From Planctomycetia bacterium (GTDB taxonomy: Bacteria; Planctomycetota; Planctomycetia; Pirellulales; UBA1268): a DNA stretch of 64,000 bases. Location: assembly GCA_021414115.1 (NCBI GenBank), contig JAIOPD010000095.1, positions 21,989 to 85,988 of the forward strand, in the 5' to 3' direction. Position 1 is the first letter of the stretch. Every line of letters begins with the position of its first letter. The translations under genes and the position numbers were made by a program. Below, one piece after another: positions 1-10,501 of the stretch. The notes beneath the pieces are model-generated. The model had not been told where the DNA came from. It worked only from the letters and a program-made list of their open reading frames with translations, and did not search any database.

Positions 1-425
1 ATGACCTTGGGATTCACGCTCGTCTGCACGGCGTCGAGCACGTCGCGGCCTGCGAGGTCGATCGCACACGCACGGTCGAAGTCGAGGTCGAGGTCGGCCC
101 GTTGGGCGGCGATCAGGGCGCGGATCACCCGGGGCACGTCGCCGCCCGCGAGGTAATGGGCCTCGAGCAGGCGGGGCGTGATGTCATTCCCTAGCCCGGC
201 CTGCACCGCCATGATCCGGGCCTGAACGATCGTCCGCGCGGTGACCTTCCGCAGGCTCATGCCGAGGAGTTCGAGAAACGTGACCCGCGCCTTCGACCAG
301 TAGGCCTGGAACCAGAGCTGCCCGTAGTTGAAGACGAGGAGGAGCATCGTCAGGGCGACGAGTCCCAAAATGATCGCGGCACCCGCGAGCAGTTCGGCAG
401 GCAGTCCGGCAGGCTGATCGTTCAC
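1..425 (-). CDS. floA: Flotillin-like protein FloA (YqfA/UPF0365), 3' part outside window
   Basis: Manual translation from GTG at 425 gives an N-terminal hydrophobic helix, then [56 protein letters not shown], the FloA signature. Absent from the ORF track because it runs off the window. Confidence 0.9.
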   Translation of the reverse strand, partial: [141 protein letters not shown]

Positions 426-533
426 AGGCGCGGTCTCCAGGCAGGCGTTCGCGGGGCAAACTCCCGCAGCCACAAGACTAGTTCGCCCGCTGGCGGGGGC
501 AAAGCAACCGTTTTGTCCGAGAAAACCCCAGCG

Positions 534-1646
534 CTATCCCACGATCCAGCCGCCACCCAGGAGTCGCTCGCCGGCGTAGCAGACCGCCGGCTGGCCGGGC
601 GAGATGGGTCCCGGCGAGCGGTCTGGGCCGCCGGTGAACCGGGCCGTGAACCGGTCTCCCGCGAGTGGTGTGACCACGGCCGCCGCCGCCCGCTGCGCGC
701 GGCACTGCACGAGGCACTCGAAGGGCTCCGGGGGCGGTTCGACGAGCCAAGACGCTGCCGCGGCCGTGAGCTCGTGTTCGGGCACGTCCGAGCGCGAGCC
801 GACGACGATCCGGCACGTATCGGATTCGATCCGGACCACGTGCAGCGGCACGCCCACCGCGATTCCAAGCCCCTGTCGCTGGCCGACGGTGAAGTGTTCG
901 ATGCCGGCATGGAGTCCCAGGACACGGCCGGAGGTGTCGACGATCTCGCCAGCCCGCGATCCGCCGAGGCGGTGGGCCACGAGGCGGGCATGCTCGCCCG
1001 GAGCGACGAAACAGATTTCCTGGCTGTCGGGCTTGTCCGCCGTGATCAGTCCGAGCGCCGTCGCCCGCTGCCGCACCTCTGTCTTGGGCAGATCGCCGAC
1101 GGGCAGGAGCATCTGCTCGAGCCGCTCGGGTCGGACGTCAAAGAGCACGTATGACTGGTCGCGGGCGGGATCACGGCCTCGGGAAAGCTCTGGGCCGTCC
1201 GGTCCCTGCCGGAGCCGGGCGTAGTGGCCTGTGGCCACGTGCGAAGCGCCGATCGCGGCGGCGTGCTCGAAGAGCCGGCCAAACTTCACCCACGAGTTGC
1301 ATCGCACGCAGGGATTCGGCGTGCGGCCGCGACCATACTCCGCCGCGAAGTCGTCGATGATCCGCTCGAAGTCGGGCGTGAGGTCGAGGGCATAGAGCGG
1401 GATGCCAAGGCGGTCGGCCACCCGCCGGGCATCAAGGGCGTCTGTCGGGCTGCAGCATCCCTGGTGCCCCGGCCGTTCGGGCAGAAGGGCGAGCGGATTC
1501 GCCGGCTCGACGGCGGGCAGAGCCGGAGTGGCATGCCGCATGAACACGCCGATGCAGTCGTGACCTGCCTCCACCAACAGCGCCGCCGCCACGCTCGAAT
1601 CGACGCCCCCCGACATGGCCACGACGACACGGGACACTGGCGGCAT
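534..1646 (-). CDS. mnmA: tRNA 2-thiouridine(34) synthase MnmA
   Basis: VVVAMSGGVDSSV PP-loop, GRTPNPCVRCN, ATGHYAR, RDQSYVL, DSQEICF and PGQPAV motifs. Confidence 0.97.
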   Translation of the reverse strand: MPPVSRVVVAMSGGVDSSVAAALLVEAGHDCIGVFMRHATPALPAVEPANPLALLPERPGHQGCCSPTDALDARRVADRLGIPLYALDLTPDFERIIDDFAAEYGRGRTPNPCVRCNSWVKFGRLFEHAAAIGASHVATGHYARLRQGPDGPELSRGRDPARDQSYVLFDVRPERLEQMLLPVGDLPKTEVRQRATALGLITADKPDSQEICFVAPGEHARLVAHRLGGSRAGEIVDTSGRVLGLHAGIEHFTVGQRQGLGIAVGVPLHVVRIESDTCRIVVGSRSDVPEHELTAAAASWLVEPPPEPFECLVQCRAQRAAAAVVTPLAGDRFTARFTGGPDRSPGPISPGQPAVCYAGERLLGGGWIVG

Positions 1647-2158
1647 CAGTAGATGATCACGCTCTCGACGCGGTGCGGACCGAGCCGCTCACGGCCGCCC
1701 AAAGCCGCAATCTCGATCAGGAACGACGAGCCGACGACGTGGCCGCCCCCCGCCTCGATGAGTTTCGTGCAGGCGATCGCCGTGCCTCCCGTCGCCAGCA
1801 CGTCGTCCACGATGAGCACCCGCGCGCCGCTCGGTAGCACGCCCCGGTGCATCTCCAGCCGGTCACGGCCGTACTCGAGATCGTAGTCATGCGAGATCGT
1901 ATCGGCGGGGAGCTTGCCGGGCTTTCGTACCGGGATCACTCCCACGCCGAGTTCCAGCGCCAGAGGGCCGGCGAACAGGAAGCCACGGGCCTCGACCGCG
2001 GCGATGGCCTCGACGCCTGCAGCCCGCCACGGCTCGGCCAGCGCCTGGATCGCCGCCGCGAATGCAGCGGCATCGGCCAGCAGCGGGGTGATGTCGCGGA
2101 ACAGGATGCCCGGCTTGGGGAAATCGGGAACCGGACGGATGTGACGGGAGAGGTCCAT
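1646..2158 (-). CDS. apt: Adenine phosphoribosyltransferase
   Basis: PDFPKPGILFRDIT, EARGF, RKPGKLP, LEYG and the VDDVLATGGT PRPP-binding motif. Confidence 0.97.
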   Translation of the reverse strand: MDLSRHIRPVPDFPKPGILFRDITPLLADAAAFAAAIQALAEPWRAAGVEAIAAVEARGFLFAGPLALELGVGVIPVRKPGKLPADTISHDYDLEYGRDRLEMHRGVLPSGARVLIVDDVLATGGTAIACTKLIEAGGGHVVGSSFLIEIAALGGRERLGPHRVESVIIY

Positions 2159-2178
2159 GATGATTTCAGTGTGCGGCG

Positions 2179-3048
2179 TCAGGCGCCTTGACGCAACCGG
2201 ATTTTGGCCCGGGGCACACCGTCGATCTCCATGGCCAGGCTGGCGAGCGTCTCCGACTCGATCTGGCGGACGCGTTCCCGCGTCAGCCCCAGCACCGCGC
2301 CGATCTCCTTGAGCGTCATCGGCTCGGACCCGGTGAGCCCGAACCGCAGCTTGATGATGGTCCCGGCCCGCTGGTCGAGCTCGTCGATCCGCTTGAGCAC
2401 GTGCCGCAGGGTGTCTTCATCGAGGAGGACGTCCGCTGGACAGCGGGCATTGTCATCTTCGATGAGTTCGCCCAGCGACCAGCCACCTTCCGCGGGCTCC
2501 GAATGCGGGGTCGACTGATGCACGTGGATCGCCTTCTTGATGATCGGCAGCTTCTTGCGGGCCAGCCCGAGGCTCCGCGCCACCTCTTCCGGCGTGGGCG
2601 GACGGCTGAGCGCTTCGCTGAGCCGGATCGTGGCCCGGCGCCACTTGGAGAGCAACTCGACCATGTAGGCAGGAATCCGGATTGTCTTGCCGGAGTTGAT
2701 CAGCGCCCGCTTGATCGACTGCTTGATCCAGTAGCTCGCGTAGGTGCTGAACCGCGTGCCCATCGTGGGGTCGAAGCCCTCGACTGCCCGCAGCAGGCCG
2801 AGGTTGCCTTCCTCGATGAGATCGGGCAGCAGAAGACCGCGGTTGGCGTAGCCCCGGGCGATGTTGACCACGAGGCGGAGGTTGGCCCGGACCATGTGGT
2901 CGCGGGCGAGGGCATCCCCCTGCGCGATCGCCCGCGCCAGTCGCTTCTCGTCGTCGGCGGTGAGCAGCGCCGTCTCGTTGATGTCCCGGAGGTACGTCTC
3001 GAGCGGGTTTTGCACGGCGGCGGATGGCTTGCGACGTGGCGAAGGCAT
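2179..3048 (-). CDS. RNA polymerase sigma-70 factor (RpoD/SigA-family paralog)
   Basis: ANLRLVVNIAR, DLIEEGNLGLLRAVEGFDP, RFSTYASYWIKQSI and region 4 TLKEIG..TRERVRQIE. Start moved to ATG 3048 (MPSPRRKP). Confidence 0.92.
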   Translation of the reverse strand: MPSPRRKPSAAVQNPLETYLRDINETALLTADDEKRLARAIAQGDALARDHMVRANLRLVVNIARGYANRGLLLPDLIEEGNLGLLRAVEGFDPTMGTRFSTYASYWIKQSIKRALINSGKTIRIPAYMVELLSKWRRATIRLSEALSRPPTPEEVARSLGLARKKLPIIKKAIHVHQSTPHSEPAEGGWSLGELIEDDNARCPADVLLDEDTLRHVLKRIDELDQRAGTIIKLRFGLTGSEPMTLKEIGAVLGLTRERVRQIESETLASLAMEIDGVPRAKIRLRQGA

Positions 3049-3257
3049 GGGGTGGTGCGGATCCGTGGTCTGATGATGTTGGTAAAGAAGAGGCGGCCAC
3101 GAGACGGCAGGAGTCGGCCGGCGGGCTGCCGCGCCGGAGGCGTCCGGCACAGGGGAAAGTATCGGCGGCAGGGCACGCCAACTGCACAAACTTGGCAGGC
3201 AGGGCGTACGGCACCGCCTGGAGCGCATCTGCCGTCGGCACGGGTCGTGCGGCGCGG

Positions 3258-4472
3258 CTACTTGCGGGTGGTCGGGGCCGTGCCCGGGCCGATCACCCGA
3301 TCGAGAAACTCGAGCAGCGCCGTCCCGGCGGGCGAGCCCTGATCGAGGGCCGGCCGCGGCGTCGCCGCGTCGAGGATCACGAGCGTGCTGTCGACGCCGG
3401 CGGCTCCGAGCGTCTTGTCGAGCAGGACGGCCTGATCGACGGGCACACCCGGATCGCGGCCGCCATGCACGATCAGCGTCGGCGGATCGTCGGCCGAGAC
3501 ATGCGCGAGCGGACTGGCACGCTGCGCCGCCTCACGGAGCTCCTGAAGCGGACCGCCGATCAGGCGGCTGGCGGGTGAACCGGAGCGATCGTGTTCGCTG
3601 CCCAGCGTGGTCAGGTGGACCGGTGCCCCGATGACCACCACGGCCGAGGGTCCGCCCGGAGCCGTGTTGCCAGCCTCCGCCGCGTCTTGCTCAGGACCTG
3701 GCGTGGAGGCCGCGAAGCCGACCAAGGCCGCAAGATGCCCGCCTGCGGCGTGCCCCGCCACGCAGATGCGCGCCGGATCGATGCCCCACGTGTCGGCGTC
3801 GGCGACGAGCGACGCGATGGCCGCACGGCAGTCGTCGAGTTGGGCCGGATGGATCGCCTCATCACTCGGGCGATAGCCCACGCTGGCCACGGCATAGCCT
3901 TCCCGCGCCAGCCAGGCGATGGGACAGTCGGCCTTCGTACCAGTTCGCCAGTCGGGACCATGAATCCAAATCACCAGCGGCAGTCCGCCGCCAATGCAGC
4001 CCTCGGGGAGATGGATGTCGAGTCGCTGTCGGGCGTGGCCCTCGTTGCCGTAAGAATGATCGCGGTGCACGACGACGCCACGAGTGGCATCGGCTGCTGG
4101 CAGGGGCATGCGGATCGTGCCTCCCGCATCGAGTCCGCCTGCGTCAGCAGGCGACTGGCTCGCTCGCGGGCCGATCTCCGGACCGAGTTGCTGCCCAAAC
4201 TCCTGCCCGAACGGCGACACGACGACGGGCTCCGGAAATCCGCGGCGGCTGCTCCGACGCTGGCCGCGTCGCGAGGGCCGCCGCGACGGCTGGGGCTCGA
4301 CCGGGAGCGACGCATCGGAAGCGGCGCGGGGATCATTCCGCCAGGCCAGCTCCACGCCCGACCAGTCACGCGGTGGCTCCGCGGCCGGTGACGGCATACC
4401 GGCGAACAGGATCACGATGACGGCCGTCAGGCCGCCCGATGAACCAGTGAGACCGACGCGAGACGCATGCAT
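3258..4472 (-). CDS. Secreted alpha/beta hydrolase (esterase-like), possibly catalytically degenerate
   Basis: PLVIWIHG, ICVAGHAAGGHLA (GxSxG with Ser replaced by Ala), PPTLIVHG..D; N-terminal hydrophobic signal. Confidence 0.75.
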   Translation of the reverse strand: MHASRVGLTGSSGGLTAVIVILFAGMPSPAAEPPRDWSGVELAWRNDPRAASDASLPVEPQPSRRPSRRGQRRSSRRGFPEPVVVSPFGQEFGQQLGPEIGPRASQSPADAGGLDAGGTIRMPLPAADATRGVVVHRDHSYGNEGHARQRLDIHLPEGCIGGGLPLVIWIHGPDWRTGTKADCPIAWLAREGYAVASVGYRPSDEAIHPAQLDDCRAAIASLVADADTWGIDPARICVAGHAAGGHLAALVGFAASTPGPEQDAAEAGNTAPGGPSAVVVIGAPVHLTTLGSEHDRSGSPASRLIGGPLQELREAAQRASPLAHVSADDPPTLIVHGGRDPGVPVDQAVLLDKTLGAAGVDSTLVILDAATPRPALDQGSPAGTALLEFLDRVIGPGTAPTTRK

Positions 4473-4611
4473 GAAGGGGCCCGGCGTCCTGCGGGGGAAC
4501 GAATCGATGGCCCAAGTATAAGCTCCCGGCCGATCGTCCGCCCGGGGCCAGCCCGCATCGCCCGCGATCCGAGGGATGCGGGCGATGCGGCCGCAGGCTT
4601 GGTCTTGAGGC

Positions 4612-5046
4612 TCAGCGTCGCGACGGCAGCTGGCCAGACGGGGTCAGCTCGTCGATGATCCTGGGGATGTACTTGGCGAGCACCTCGGCGAGTTGGTCGC
4701 GGTCGATACCCTTCGAACGGGCGATCTCTTCGAGCTCCCGCTGGCCGAAGGCATCCTCGACCTGCCGCCGATCGACCGGCTTGTTGGGGCCGGGACGGAC
4801 CCACGAGTCGACCTGGTGGCGCATCCCCGTCTCCTCGAACTGCTTGACGACGTCGGGCAGTTTCTGCGCGCCGCCACCGCCGAAGATCTGGGTCAGAATG
4901 TCGGAGAGGTCGTTGGGCGAAGGCATGCCCTGAGGGGGCTGTTGCGGACGCTGCTGGGGCTGGGGCTGTCGTGGCTGCGGCGTTTGCTGCTGCTGCTGGG
5001 CCGCACCTTCGAGCACCTGCTTCAAAATCTCACTGAGAATGTCCAT
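4612..5046 (-). CDS. YidB-family protein with Q/P-rich linker
   Basis: QVDSWV..GPNKPV, LAKYIPRIIDELTPSGQLP; start MDILSEIL at 5046. Confidence 0.75.
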   Translation of the reverse strand: MDILSEILKQVLEGAAQQQQQTPQPRQPQPQQRPQQPPQGMPSPNDLSDILTQIFGGGGAQKLPDVVKQFEETGMRHQVDSWVRPGPNKPVDRRQVEDAFGQRELEEIARSKGIDRDQLAEVLAKYIPRIIDELTPSGQLPSRR

Positions 5047-5349
5047 GAACCGCCCTTTTCGTGTTGGAGAATCGACCGCGTCGGCGGCGCCGAAGCACGT
5101 CCAGTAATCTACGGCTGGCCTGAGTCGGGGGAAAGCAGCCGGTGTCATACGGCTCCCACTGAAGCCTCGCGATCGGGGCTCGATGTCTTGCCGATGGTCG
5201 GGGCACGGACAGCCCCTCACGCGAGCGCGGGGAATCCGGACCGCCTCGAGACGGTGCTGGAGTGACCCTCGGCGCTGCCTCCGATCAGGAAGCCCCAAGC
5301 GCGAGCGCGGGGTATACGGGTCGCCTCTTGGCGGCGCCGGATTGGCTTA

Positions 5350-5491
5350 CCGAGGGTCGGGACTGTTCCTGCCGCCGTATTCCCCGGAACGGAATCCTGC
5401 CGAGCGGCTGTGGCTGTGGTTCCTTGACCACCACTGGAGCAACCGCGCCTCCCCCGACGAGCCGTCGCTCATCCGCAAGGCTCACGCGTGA
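5350..5491 (+). pseudogene. IS630-family transposase C-terminal remnant
   Basis: LFLPPYSPERNPAERLW..L..H.WSNR matches the IS630 LPPYSPELNPIERLW motif; the rest of the transposase is absent. Confidence 0.75.
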
Positions 5492-5500
5492 CCCGGATCA

Positions 5501-6571
5501 TCAGTCGAGCAAAACCGCCTCGCCGCCGGCCCGGGTGGCGAGTTGGCCGAGCAGTTGCACCGACGTGTCCTCCGCCACGAACCGCACCGCGCCGTCGGCC
5601 ATGGCGATGTTCGCCCCGCCGGTGTGGAAACTGTAGATGAGCCAGCCATTTTCGTTGGAGCCGTTGACCCGCATCAGTGCCGTCGGAATCGGGCCCGCTG
5701 TCGGACCCGGTGTGCACCAGCCACTGGCTTTTTCGCCGAAGCCGTAAGGATTGTCGTTGGTCGCCCAGGCACCCCCCTGCGCCCGCGCACAACTCGTGCC
5801 CGCGGCGTGGTCTGCGTTCGCAGGATACCGCGTGCGGTCGCGCCACACGTCCTCGCGACCCGCGCATTCCGCGAGCAGAATCGTCTTCGAGAGGCCGTCG
5901 GTGATCTTGGCCATGGTGGACCGAGGACGTGTGGCGGTGGGGCCGCAGTTCCTCCACTCTTCCGTCGTCCCTGGCCCCGCAGCCACGGTGCCGGCGGGCA
6001 ATCCGGCGACCGTGGTGAAGGTCGTCCCTGTCCCGGCAACCACGAAGTAATCGCCGCATGCGCCGGTCTTCCGGGGATTCTCGATCTTGTCCTGAATCCG
6101 ATTGGGAAACGGAGACGCCGGGCATTGGAGGACCGGCAGGAGGGTCCGCGCAAGAGCGCGATTGCCGGTCGGAGCGTTGTCCAGAACGCCTGCGGTGCCA
6201 CCGTTTGGGGCGGACCCGTCTTGATTCTCCCACCAGTTGCGCGACGGGTCATAGTTTGCCATCAGCGGTGCCTCCTCGACGTAGGGCAGCACGTCGGGCG
6301 CCCAGCTCCGATGCGACATTTTCGGCTCGCAGGCGCTGAGCGCGCCGCTGAAAAGCCGCTTCAGCGGCGGGAGCATCTTCCGAGCGGTTTCGTAGTTATG
6401 AAATGCGATCGGAAGTTGCCGCAGATTGTTGGCACACGACGTTCGCCGGGCCGATTCCCGCGCGCTCTGGACCGCCGGCAGGAGCAGGCCGATGAGCGTG
6501 GCGATGATCGCGATCACGACCAGCAACTCGACGAGCGAGAAGCCGCGGCGCAGGGATGTCGTTGCGGGCAT
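5501..6571 (-). CDS. DUF1559 prepilin-type N-terminal cleavage/methylation protein
   Basis: [50 protein letters not shown] and the H-X9-DG motif [12 protein letters not shown]. Confidence 0.93.
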   Translation of the reverse strand: MPATTSLRRGFSLVELLVVIAIIATLIGLLLPAVQSARESARRTSCANNLRQLPIAFHNYETARKMLPPLKRLFSGALSACEPKMSHRSWAPDVLPYVEEAPLMANYDPSRNWWENQDGSAPNGGTAGVLDNAPTGNRALARTLLPVLQCPASPFPNRIQDKIENPRKTGACGDYFVVAGTGTTFTTVAGLPAGTVAAGPGTTEEWRNCGPTATRPRSTMAKITDGLSKTILLAECAGREDVWRDRTRYPANADHAAGTSCARAQGGAWATNDNPYGFGEKASGWCTPGPTAGPIPTALMRVNGSNENGWLIYSFHTGGANIAMADGAVRFVAEDTSVQLLGQLATRAGGEAVLLD

Positions 6572-6682
6572 ACCGAATGGGTTCCGAAGGCCGACCCTCA
6601 GGGTATCGACGGGCGGCGGTCGCCGGCGCGGCGAATCCGCCGCCAGGGCCGGTGAACTTTTCACCGCGCGGCGCCCGCTTGC

Positions 6683-8047
6683 TCAGTCGTCGATCCCGAG
6701 CAGCCGGAGTTTTGTCCGCAGGGTGGCCCGGTCGAGGCCGAGCAGCTTCGCGGCGGCCGTGCGATTTCCGCCCGTGTGGGCGAGTGCCTCGCGGAGGAGC
6801 GTTGCCTCCACGAGTTGCATCGTCCGATGGTGAAGGTCCGGCTCCGGCAGGGGGGCGAACGCGGCGCGGGCAGTGGCCGCCCACTCTTTGACCGCGGACC
6901 CCACGCCGCCGGCCGCCGCATCGAGGCTGCTCGTGGCCGCCGACGCCGGGATGTGCGATGTCTGCGGCGGCAGGTGTTGCGGTTGCAGGACGCCACCGTT
7001 CGCCACGACGGCGGCATGCTCGACGGCATGGCGCAGCTCGCGAACATTCCCCGGCCAGTCGCGGCGGGCCAGGGCCTCGACGAACTCGCGGGACATGACG
7101 ATGGCTGGCGCGTGCGGCTGGGCGGCGCCGAAGCGGGCCAGGAGGCAGCGGGCCAGGGGCTCGATGTCGTCGCAGCGGTCCGCCAGCGCGGGCATCGCGA
7201 TTTCAAGGACGCGGAGCCGGTCGAGCAGGTCGCGGCGAAACCCGGCTGCCGCGAAGCTGCCCGGGTCGCGTTCGGTCGTGGCGATGACCCGCACGTCGCC
7301 CGCATGGGATTCGAGGAGTTGGAGGAGACCGGTCTGCACTTCGGGTGGCGCCGCCTCGATGTCGGCGAGGGAGAGTGTGCCGCCCGCTGCCGCCGCGACG
7401 AGTCCTGATCGTCCATCGGCATGCCCGAAGAGTTCTGCAGCGACGGCCGCCGGCGCGAGAGCCGTGATCTTCGTGGTGACGAAGGGGCGGTCGTGGCGGC
7501 GGCCGTGCGCATGGATCTCGCGGGCGGCGAGCTCCTTGCCGCTGCCTGACGGGCCCGTGATCAATACCGGCAGGTCGTGGTCGGCGACCAGCGCGATCTT
7601 TTTGTAGACCTCCTGCATCGCGGCGGAGGAGCCGACGAGCAGCCCTGTCGTGGTGTCGGCTGCGGTCGGCCGCTCGTCGCGGAGCGACCGCTCAATCAGC
7701 GCCCGGGCCACCACGGTCGCCACGTGGTCGAGGTCGAAGGGTTTCACGAGATAGTCGAACGCCCCGGCCCTCACGGCCCGGACCGCCGTGTCGATGTCTC
7801 CGAACGCGGTCATCACGATCACGGGGGCGTCTGCCGCGACCAACCTCAGGTCGGGGATCGCCGAGATGCCGTCGCGGCCCGGCAGCCTGACGTCGAGCAG
7901 GATCACAGCCGGGATGACGCGGCCGCAGGCCGCCAGCGCCTCATCGATGCTCGCGGCGAGAACGACGTCGTGGCCGTCGTCCGAGAGCATCTCCCGCAGG
8001 CTCCAGCCGATGGCCGGCTCATCATCGACGACGAGGATCTGGCTCAT
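6683..8047 (-). CDS. NtrC-family response regulator (receiver-AAA+-Fis HTH)
   Basis: Receiver ILVVDDE..LLDVRLP, Walker A GPSGSGKE, WPGNVREL and C-terminal HTH GNRTAAAKLLG. The GAFTGA loop is absent (ELFGHADG). Confidence 0.9.
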   Translation of the reverse strand: MSQILVVDDEPAIGWSLREMLSDDGHDVVLAASIDEALAACGRVIPAVILLDVRLPGRDGISAIPDLRLVAADAPVIVMTAFGDIDTAVRAVRAGAFDYLVKPFDLDHVATVVARALIERSLRDERPTAADTTTGLLVGSSAAMQEVYKKIALVADHDLPVLITGPSGSGKELAAREIHAHGRRHDRPFVTTKITALAPAAVAAELFGHADGRSGLVAAAAGGTLSLADIEAAPPEVQTGLLQLLESHAGDVRVIATTERDPGSFAAAGFRRDLLDRLRVLEIAMPALADRCDDIEPLARCLLARFGAAQPHAPAIVMSREFVEALARRDWPGNVRELRHAVEHAAVVANGGVLQPQHLPPQTSHIPASAATSSLDAAAGGVGSAVKEWAATARAAFAPLPEPDLHHRTMQLVEATLLREALAHTGGNRTAAAKLLGLDRATLRTKLRLLGIDD

Positions 8048-8057
8048 GATCGGTTCC

Positions 8058-9464
8058 TCACGCAGAGCGTTCAGGCGGAATCGTCGCCGGGGGCAGCCCG
8101 ATCACGAATCGAGTGCGGCCGTCGGTCCGGCCCCATTCGAGCGTGCCACCATGTTGTTCGGCGACGGCCTTGGCCACCGTGAGCCCCAGACCCACGCCCT
8201 CCGGCTTGCCGGTCACGAACGGCTCGTGAAGTTGTGCGGCAAGGGCAGCGGGTGGCCCGGGGCCGTCGTCCTCGACCACGATCCGGATGCCCTTTTCGTC
8301 CGCCTCGCCGCGGAGGCTGACTCGGCCCCCGCGGCCCGCAGCGTCGATGGCGTTGAGGGCCAGATTGACGACCGCCGCGCGGAGGGCATCGTGCCGCCCA
8401 ATGACGGTGGCGGCGACGGCCGGCCCGCATTCGAGCCGCACGCCCGCATGCTCGCACCGCGGCGCGGTCAGGTCGCGGACCTCGCCGACGAGGGCGTCGA
8501 GATTGACCGTTGTCGCCGCCGTGTGGGAAGGCGTGCCGAGCGCGAGCAGCCCGCGGACCTCCTCCTCGACGATGTCGAGTTGGCGGCAGGCCACGGCAAG
8601 ACTCTCGTCGACGGTGTCGCCGGCCGTGCCGGAGTGGCAGCGACGGCGATGCAGGTCGATGGCGAGCCGGGCGCCGGTGATGGCGTTGCGGAGTTCGTGC
8701 GCGAAGCCGGCAGCCAGCTGGCCGAGAAGCCGCTGCCGTTCGCCGGCCACGACCGTGTTTCGCAGGCTGTCGAGTTCGCCGCTCATGCGGTTGACGCCGG
8801 CGACGAGCCGCCCGACCTCGTCTTCGGGGGAGCCCGCCGGGGTGGCGGCGGAGTCCTCCAGCACCGTGCCGAACTCGCCCCGGGAAATCCGCTCGACATG
8901 CCGCTCGACTGCGGAGATGCGGCGGGCGAGGCGGCCGGTGGTCGCGAGACCCAGGGGTACGAGCACCGCGAGGGTCATGGCGGCGACGGCGAGCACCGGC
9001 CAGGCCGCGGCCAAGGAGGCTTCGACGAGCCCCTGCATGGGCGAGAGCACGAACACCCGCTCGGGACGGACGCCTGCCGCCCACGCCTCGCCGATGGAAT
9101 GCCGCCGCCCGTCGATCGTGACGACGGCGCCCGTTCCTGAACTGCGCACGGCCGTCGCGACGTCGTCGAGCGCGGAGGGACTCAGGGTCGATGCCCCGGC
9201 AGCGGCAGCGTCTGTGTTCCAGACGACGAAGTGGCTGCCGGTCAGGCAGTGCAGGGCGTCGAGTACCTGCGGTGAGAGGGAAATCCGCGAGCCCTCCAGG
9301 GCCGCGACAACCCGTTCATGGCCCGCGCGGGCGGCGGCGAACGATCTCCGCACCGCCAGCCAGGCCGAGAAGGCGACGTTGCCGAGCACCGCCGCGAGCA
9401 CGAGCCCCACGACGGGCAGGACGAGCTGCCCAAACAGCGATCGGCCACGGGGGGAAAGTGACAT
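8058..9464 (-). CDS. HAMP-domain sensor histidine kinase
   Basis: Two TM segments, H-box AHELRN, N-box NLALNAIDA, DDGPG and GVGLGL. Confidence 0.92.
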   Translation of the reverse strand: MSLSPRGRSLFGQLVLPVVGLVLAAVLGNVAFSAWLAVRRSFAAARAGHERVVAALEGSRISLSPQVLDALHCLTGSHFVVWNTDAAAAGASTLSPSALDDVATAVRSSGTGAVVTIDGRRHSIGEAWAAGVRPERVFVLSPMQGLVEASLAAAWPVLAVAAMTLAVLVPLGLATTGRLARRISAVERHVERISRGEFGTVLEDSAATPAGSPEDEVGRLVAGVNRMSGELDSLRNTVVAGERQRLLGQLAAGFAHELRNAITGARLAIDLHRRRCHSGTAGDTVDESLAVACRQLDIVEEEVRGLLALGTPSHTAATTVNLDALVGEVRDLTAPRCEHAGVRLECGPAVAATVIGRHDALRAAVVNLALNAIDAAGRGGRVSLRGEADEKGIRIVVEDDGPGPPAALAAQLHEPFVTGKPEGVGLGLTVAKAVAEQHGGTLEWGRTDGRTRFVIGLPPATIPPERSA

Positions 9465-9550
9465 GCGACGTTCGGCGTGGGGTCGGAGGGCAGGCATCGA
9501 GGGCTGCTGCTAAATCCAATCGTACCTGCAGAGGATCGTATGATGCCGCC

Positions 9551-10501
9551 ATGACGACATTCGCCCGCCTCCTCGCCGGCCTCGCCCTCCTCACGCTGTT
9601 CACGCTGTTCACGCCCTCGGCGGCCGGAGAAGTGGCGTTCCCCTCGGAACTCGTCGACTTCGGTCCAGCGTCGGCGACGCCGCTCTTCGCCGGAGGCGGC
9701 CCCGACGCATGGGACCGCGACCTCCGCGAGCGGGGCTGGATCATGCGGCGCGGCGGCTCTTGGCACCTCTGGTACACAGGCTCGAACACCGACCGCGATC
9801 CCGTCCGCCGGCTCGGCCACGCCACGAGCCCCGACGGCCTCAACTGGACGCGGTCGTCACCAGGGCCGCTGCTGGCCGATCGCTGGGTCGAGGATGTGTG
9901 CGTCGTGAAGACCCGCTGCCGCTCGGCCGACGTGCTGCGGATGTTCGCCGAGGGGGAGCACGACGTCGCCCACTTGCTCGTGTCACATAACGGCATGGAC
10001 TGGCGGTCGTGCGGTGCCCTGGACATCCGCCTGGTCTCAGGATCGCCGATTCCGGCAGGCCCACGGGGCACACCCACGGCCTGGCTCGAGAAGGGCGTGT
10101 GGCATCTCTTCTACGAGCGTCATGACGACGGCGTCTGGCTGGCCACGTCCCGCGACCTGCGCACGTTCACCAACGTCAGCGACGACCCCGTGCTCGCCTG
10201 TGGTCCCGAACCCTACGACGCGCACGGGATCGCCGTCGATCAGATCGTGCGGTTCCGGGGCCGTTCCTACGCCTATTACCACGCGAGTCCCGATCCAGAC
10301 CGGCGCCGCTGGCAGACCTGCATCGCGGTCAGCGACGACCTCGTCCACTGGACGAAGTACGCGGGTAATCCGATCCTGCCGGCCGACCCAGCCGATCCGA
10401 AGCGGTCGAGCGGCACGCTCGTCTTCGATGGCGAGCGGCATCGGCTCTACACGACGCACCCCGACGTCCGCGTGCGGTTCGCGGTCAGTCGACCGCACTG
10501 A
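9551..10501 (+). CDS. Secreted five-bladed beta-propeller glycoside hydrolase-like protein
   Basis: Signal peptide; repeated HATSPDGLNW / ATSRDLRTF / AVSDDLVHWTKY.GNPIL blades. Confidence 0.75.
   Translation: MTTFARLLAGLALLTLFTLFTPSAAGEVAFPSELVDFGPASATPLFAGGGPDAWDRDLRERGWIMRRGGSWHLWYTGSNTDRDPVRRLGHATSPDGLNWTRSSPGPLLADRWVEDVCVVKTRCRSADVLRMFAEGEHDVAHLLVSHNGMDWRSCGALDIRLVSGSPIPAGPRGTPTAWLEKGVWHLFYERHDDGVWLATSRDLRTFTNVSDDPVLACGPEPYDAHGIAVDQIVRFRGRSYAYYHASPDPDRRRWQTCIAVSDDLVHWTKYAGNPILPADPADPKRSSGTLVFDGERHRLYTTHPDVRVRFAVSRPH

Noticed and set aside
4940-5000. CAG/CTG-rich repeat
   Set aside because: It encodes a Q/P low-complexity linker in the YidB protein and is not a separate element.
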